Positions 62,765 to 64,000 of a DNA stretch of 64,000 nt are shown in pieces. Source of the DNA: Octopus vulgaris (lineage: Eukaryota); contig OX597835.1 in NCBI GenBank assembly GCA_951406725.2, forward strand, positions 42,718,001 through 42,782,000. The letters run 5' to 3'. Numbering within the stretch: position 1 is the stretch's first letter; each line of letters starts with the position of its first letter. The position numbers were made by a program, and so were the translations under genes. Below the pieces are notes generated by a model. The model saw nothing but the letters and a program-made list of their open reading frames with translations, made no database searches and had not been told where the DNA came from.

Positions 62765-63858
62765 TGACACACCGGTCTCACGCCATTTCCGCTCCACCGG
62801 TCACTCCTTGCAACACCTGTCTGTGTTCGGATTGTCCTTGCACAGAGGCCATCCGGATTCCCGTTTGCGCCGTGAACAGGAATTAATCTTCTCTCTTCGC
62901 TCTTTCACGCCATTTGGTCTCAACTCTCCCCCTTCTCATCTAACCTCCCCCGACTCCTACTTCTCTTCAGTCCTTCATCTTTTCACCCCACTCTCTTTCT
63001 CTCCTCTTCTTTCCTCTTTCTTCTTCCCTCTTCCCCTTCTCTCTTTCTCTCTGCTCGCTCACTCCCCTTCCCTCCTCCTCTCCCCTCCTTTCCCACCCCC
63101 CTCCTCTTCTCCTCTCCTTCCTTCTCCCCATTTCCCCTCCCCCTTCCCTCTCCTCTCCTTCCTTCTTTTCCCCCCTCACCCCCTTATCTCATCTCTCCTC
63201 CCTCCTCCTCCCCTCTCCCCCTCTCCCTCCCCCTCTTCTCCTCTCCCCCTCATCTCTCTTCCCTCCTCCACTCCTTCCTCTCTCTTCTCTCCCCCTTTCA
63301 CTCTCCCCACAACCCCCACTCTACCCCAACCCCCAGCCGAACCCACACCCCACCTCCCCCTTTCACTCTCCCCACAACCCCCACTCTACCCCAACCCCCA
63401 GCCAAACCCACACCCCACATGGGCTTTCCCCACCTCCCACCACACTACACCATACGACACTACACTACACCATACGACATTACACATCACATCAAACATA
63501 CATACAAACATCCAGACCTTTCACACGCACATACATACTTTCTCATACACACACGCACCCTTATGTTGGGGCGAGGTCATTTGACCTTATTATCTCCCCT
63601 ACGCTCTTGCGTCTAACGTCTGATCTCTGACTTCTGGCCGAAATCAGACCGCCATGTTGATTCGTTAGCTCCTGCACGCATTTTTTTCTCTCCTTGTTTC
63701 TCTCCGTGTTTCTTTTCTGTGTATCTTTCTGTTGAAGAGCGTAGGCTCGAAATGTAAAAGACTTGTTTTATTTCTATTCCTGAGCGCCATACTAATACAA
63801 TTGTTTGTTTGTACTCCACCTGCCTTCGTCTTTTGTTTATTTTCATAAAGCTTCCCGT

Positions 63859-63860
<2 letters not shown>
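62765..63860 (+). mobile_element. Penelope-like element 3' part: GIY-YIG C-terminus, CT-rich UTR, variant hammerhead (63724-63761), ending in (TA)n
   Basis: [32 protein letters not shown]; tcttt-CTGTTGA-A-GAGC-gtag-GCTC-GAAAT-GTA-aaaga. Confidence 0.8.
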
Positions 63861-63911
<51 letters not shown>

Positions 63912-63913
<2 letters not shown>

Positions 63914-64000
63914 TAGCAGAATTGCCTAGCATTGCTCGGGGCTGAATTGCTTGAAAGTACTGTTAATGATTGCACTGAATTATGATGATTATTCAGGCAA
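63912..64000 (-). mobile_element. Helitron-like 3' terminus (element runs out of the window)
   Basis: Reverse complement ccgagcaatgctaggcaattctgCTAGt, like 13387-13414. Confidence 0.6.

Overview
Eukaryotic, AT-rich, microsatellite- and retroposon-saturated DNA. The SINE/LINE repertoire points to an octopus (coleoid cephalopod) genome, which is an inference. The window lies inside one large minus-strand gene, which I reconstructed by hand as 18 coding exons (61773 down to 4477, about 1,139 codons; start and end lie outside or were not found). All junctions are phase-consistent with GT-AG except the one after exon 59957. The product is an unrecognised low-complexity E/K/R-rich protein with a 1.5-kb exon carrying a long ER/K (single-alpha-helix-like) tract. 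The introns contain a 5'-truncated CR1-clade LINE, RTE and R4/Dong-type LINE fragments, many tRNA-derived SINEs, DNA-transposon MITEs, Helitron-type ends, two higher-order satellites and Penelope-like (GIY-YIG) remnants. The most striking unexplained signal is about eight hammerhead-ribozyme-like motifs plus two half-motifs, one of them fully canonical and in the sense of the host pre-mRNA. Several sit in short non-coding fold-back elements inserted in (TA)n, consistent with a Penelope-mobilised, retrozyme-like family. Most ORFs in the track are microsatellite or SINE artefacts.
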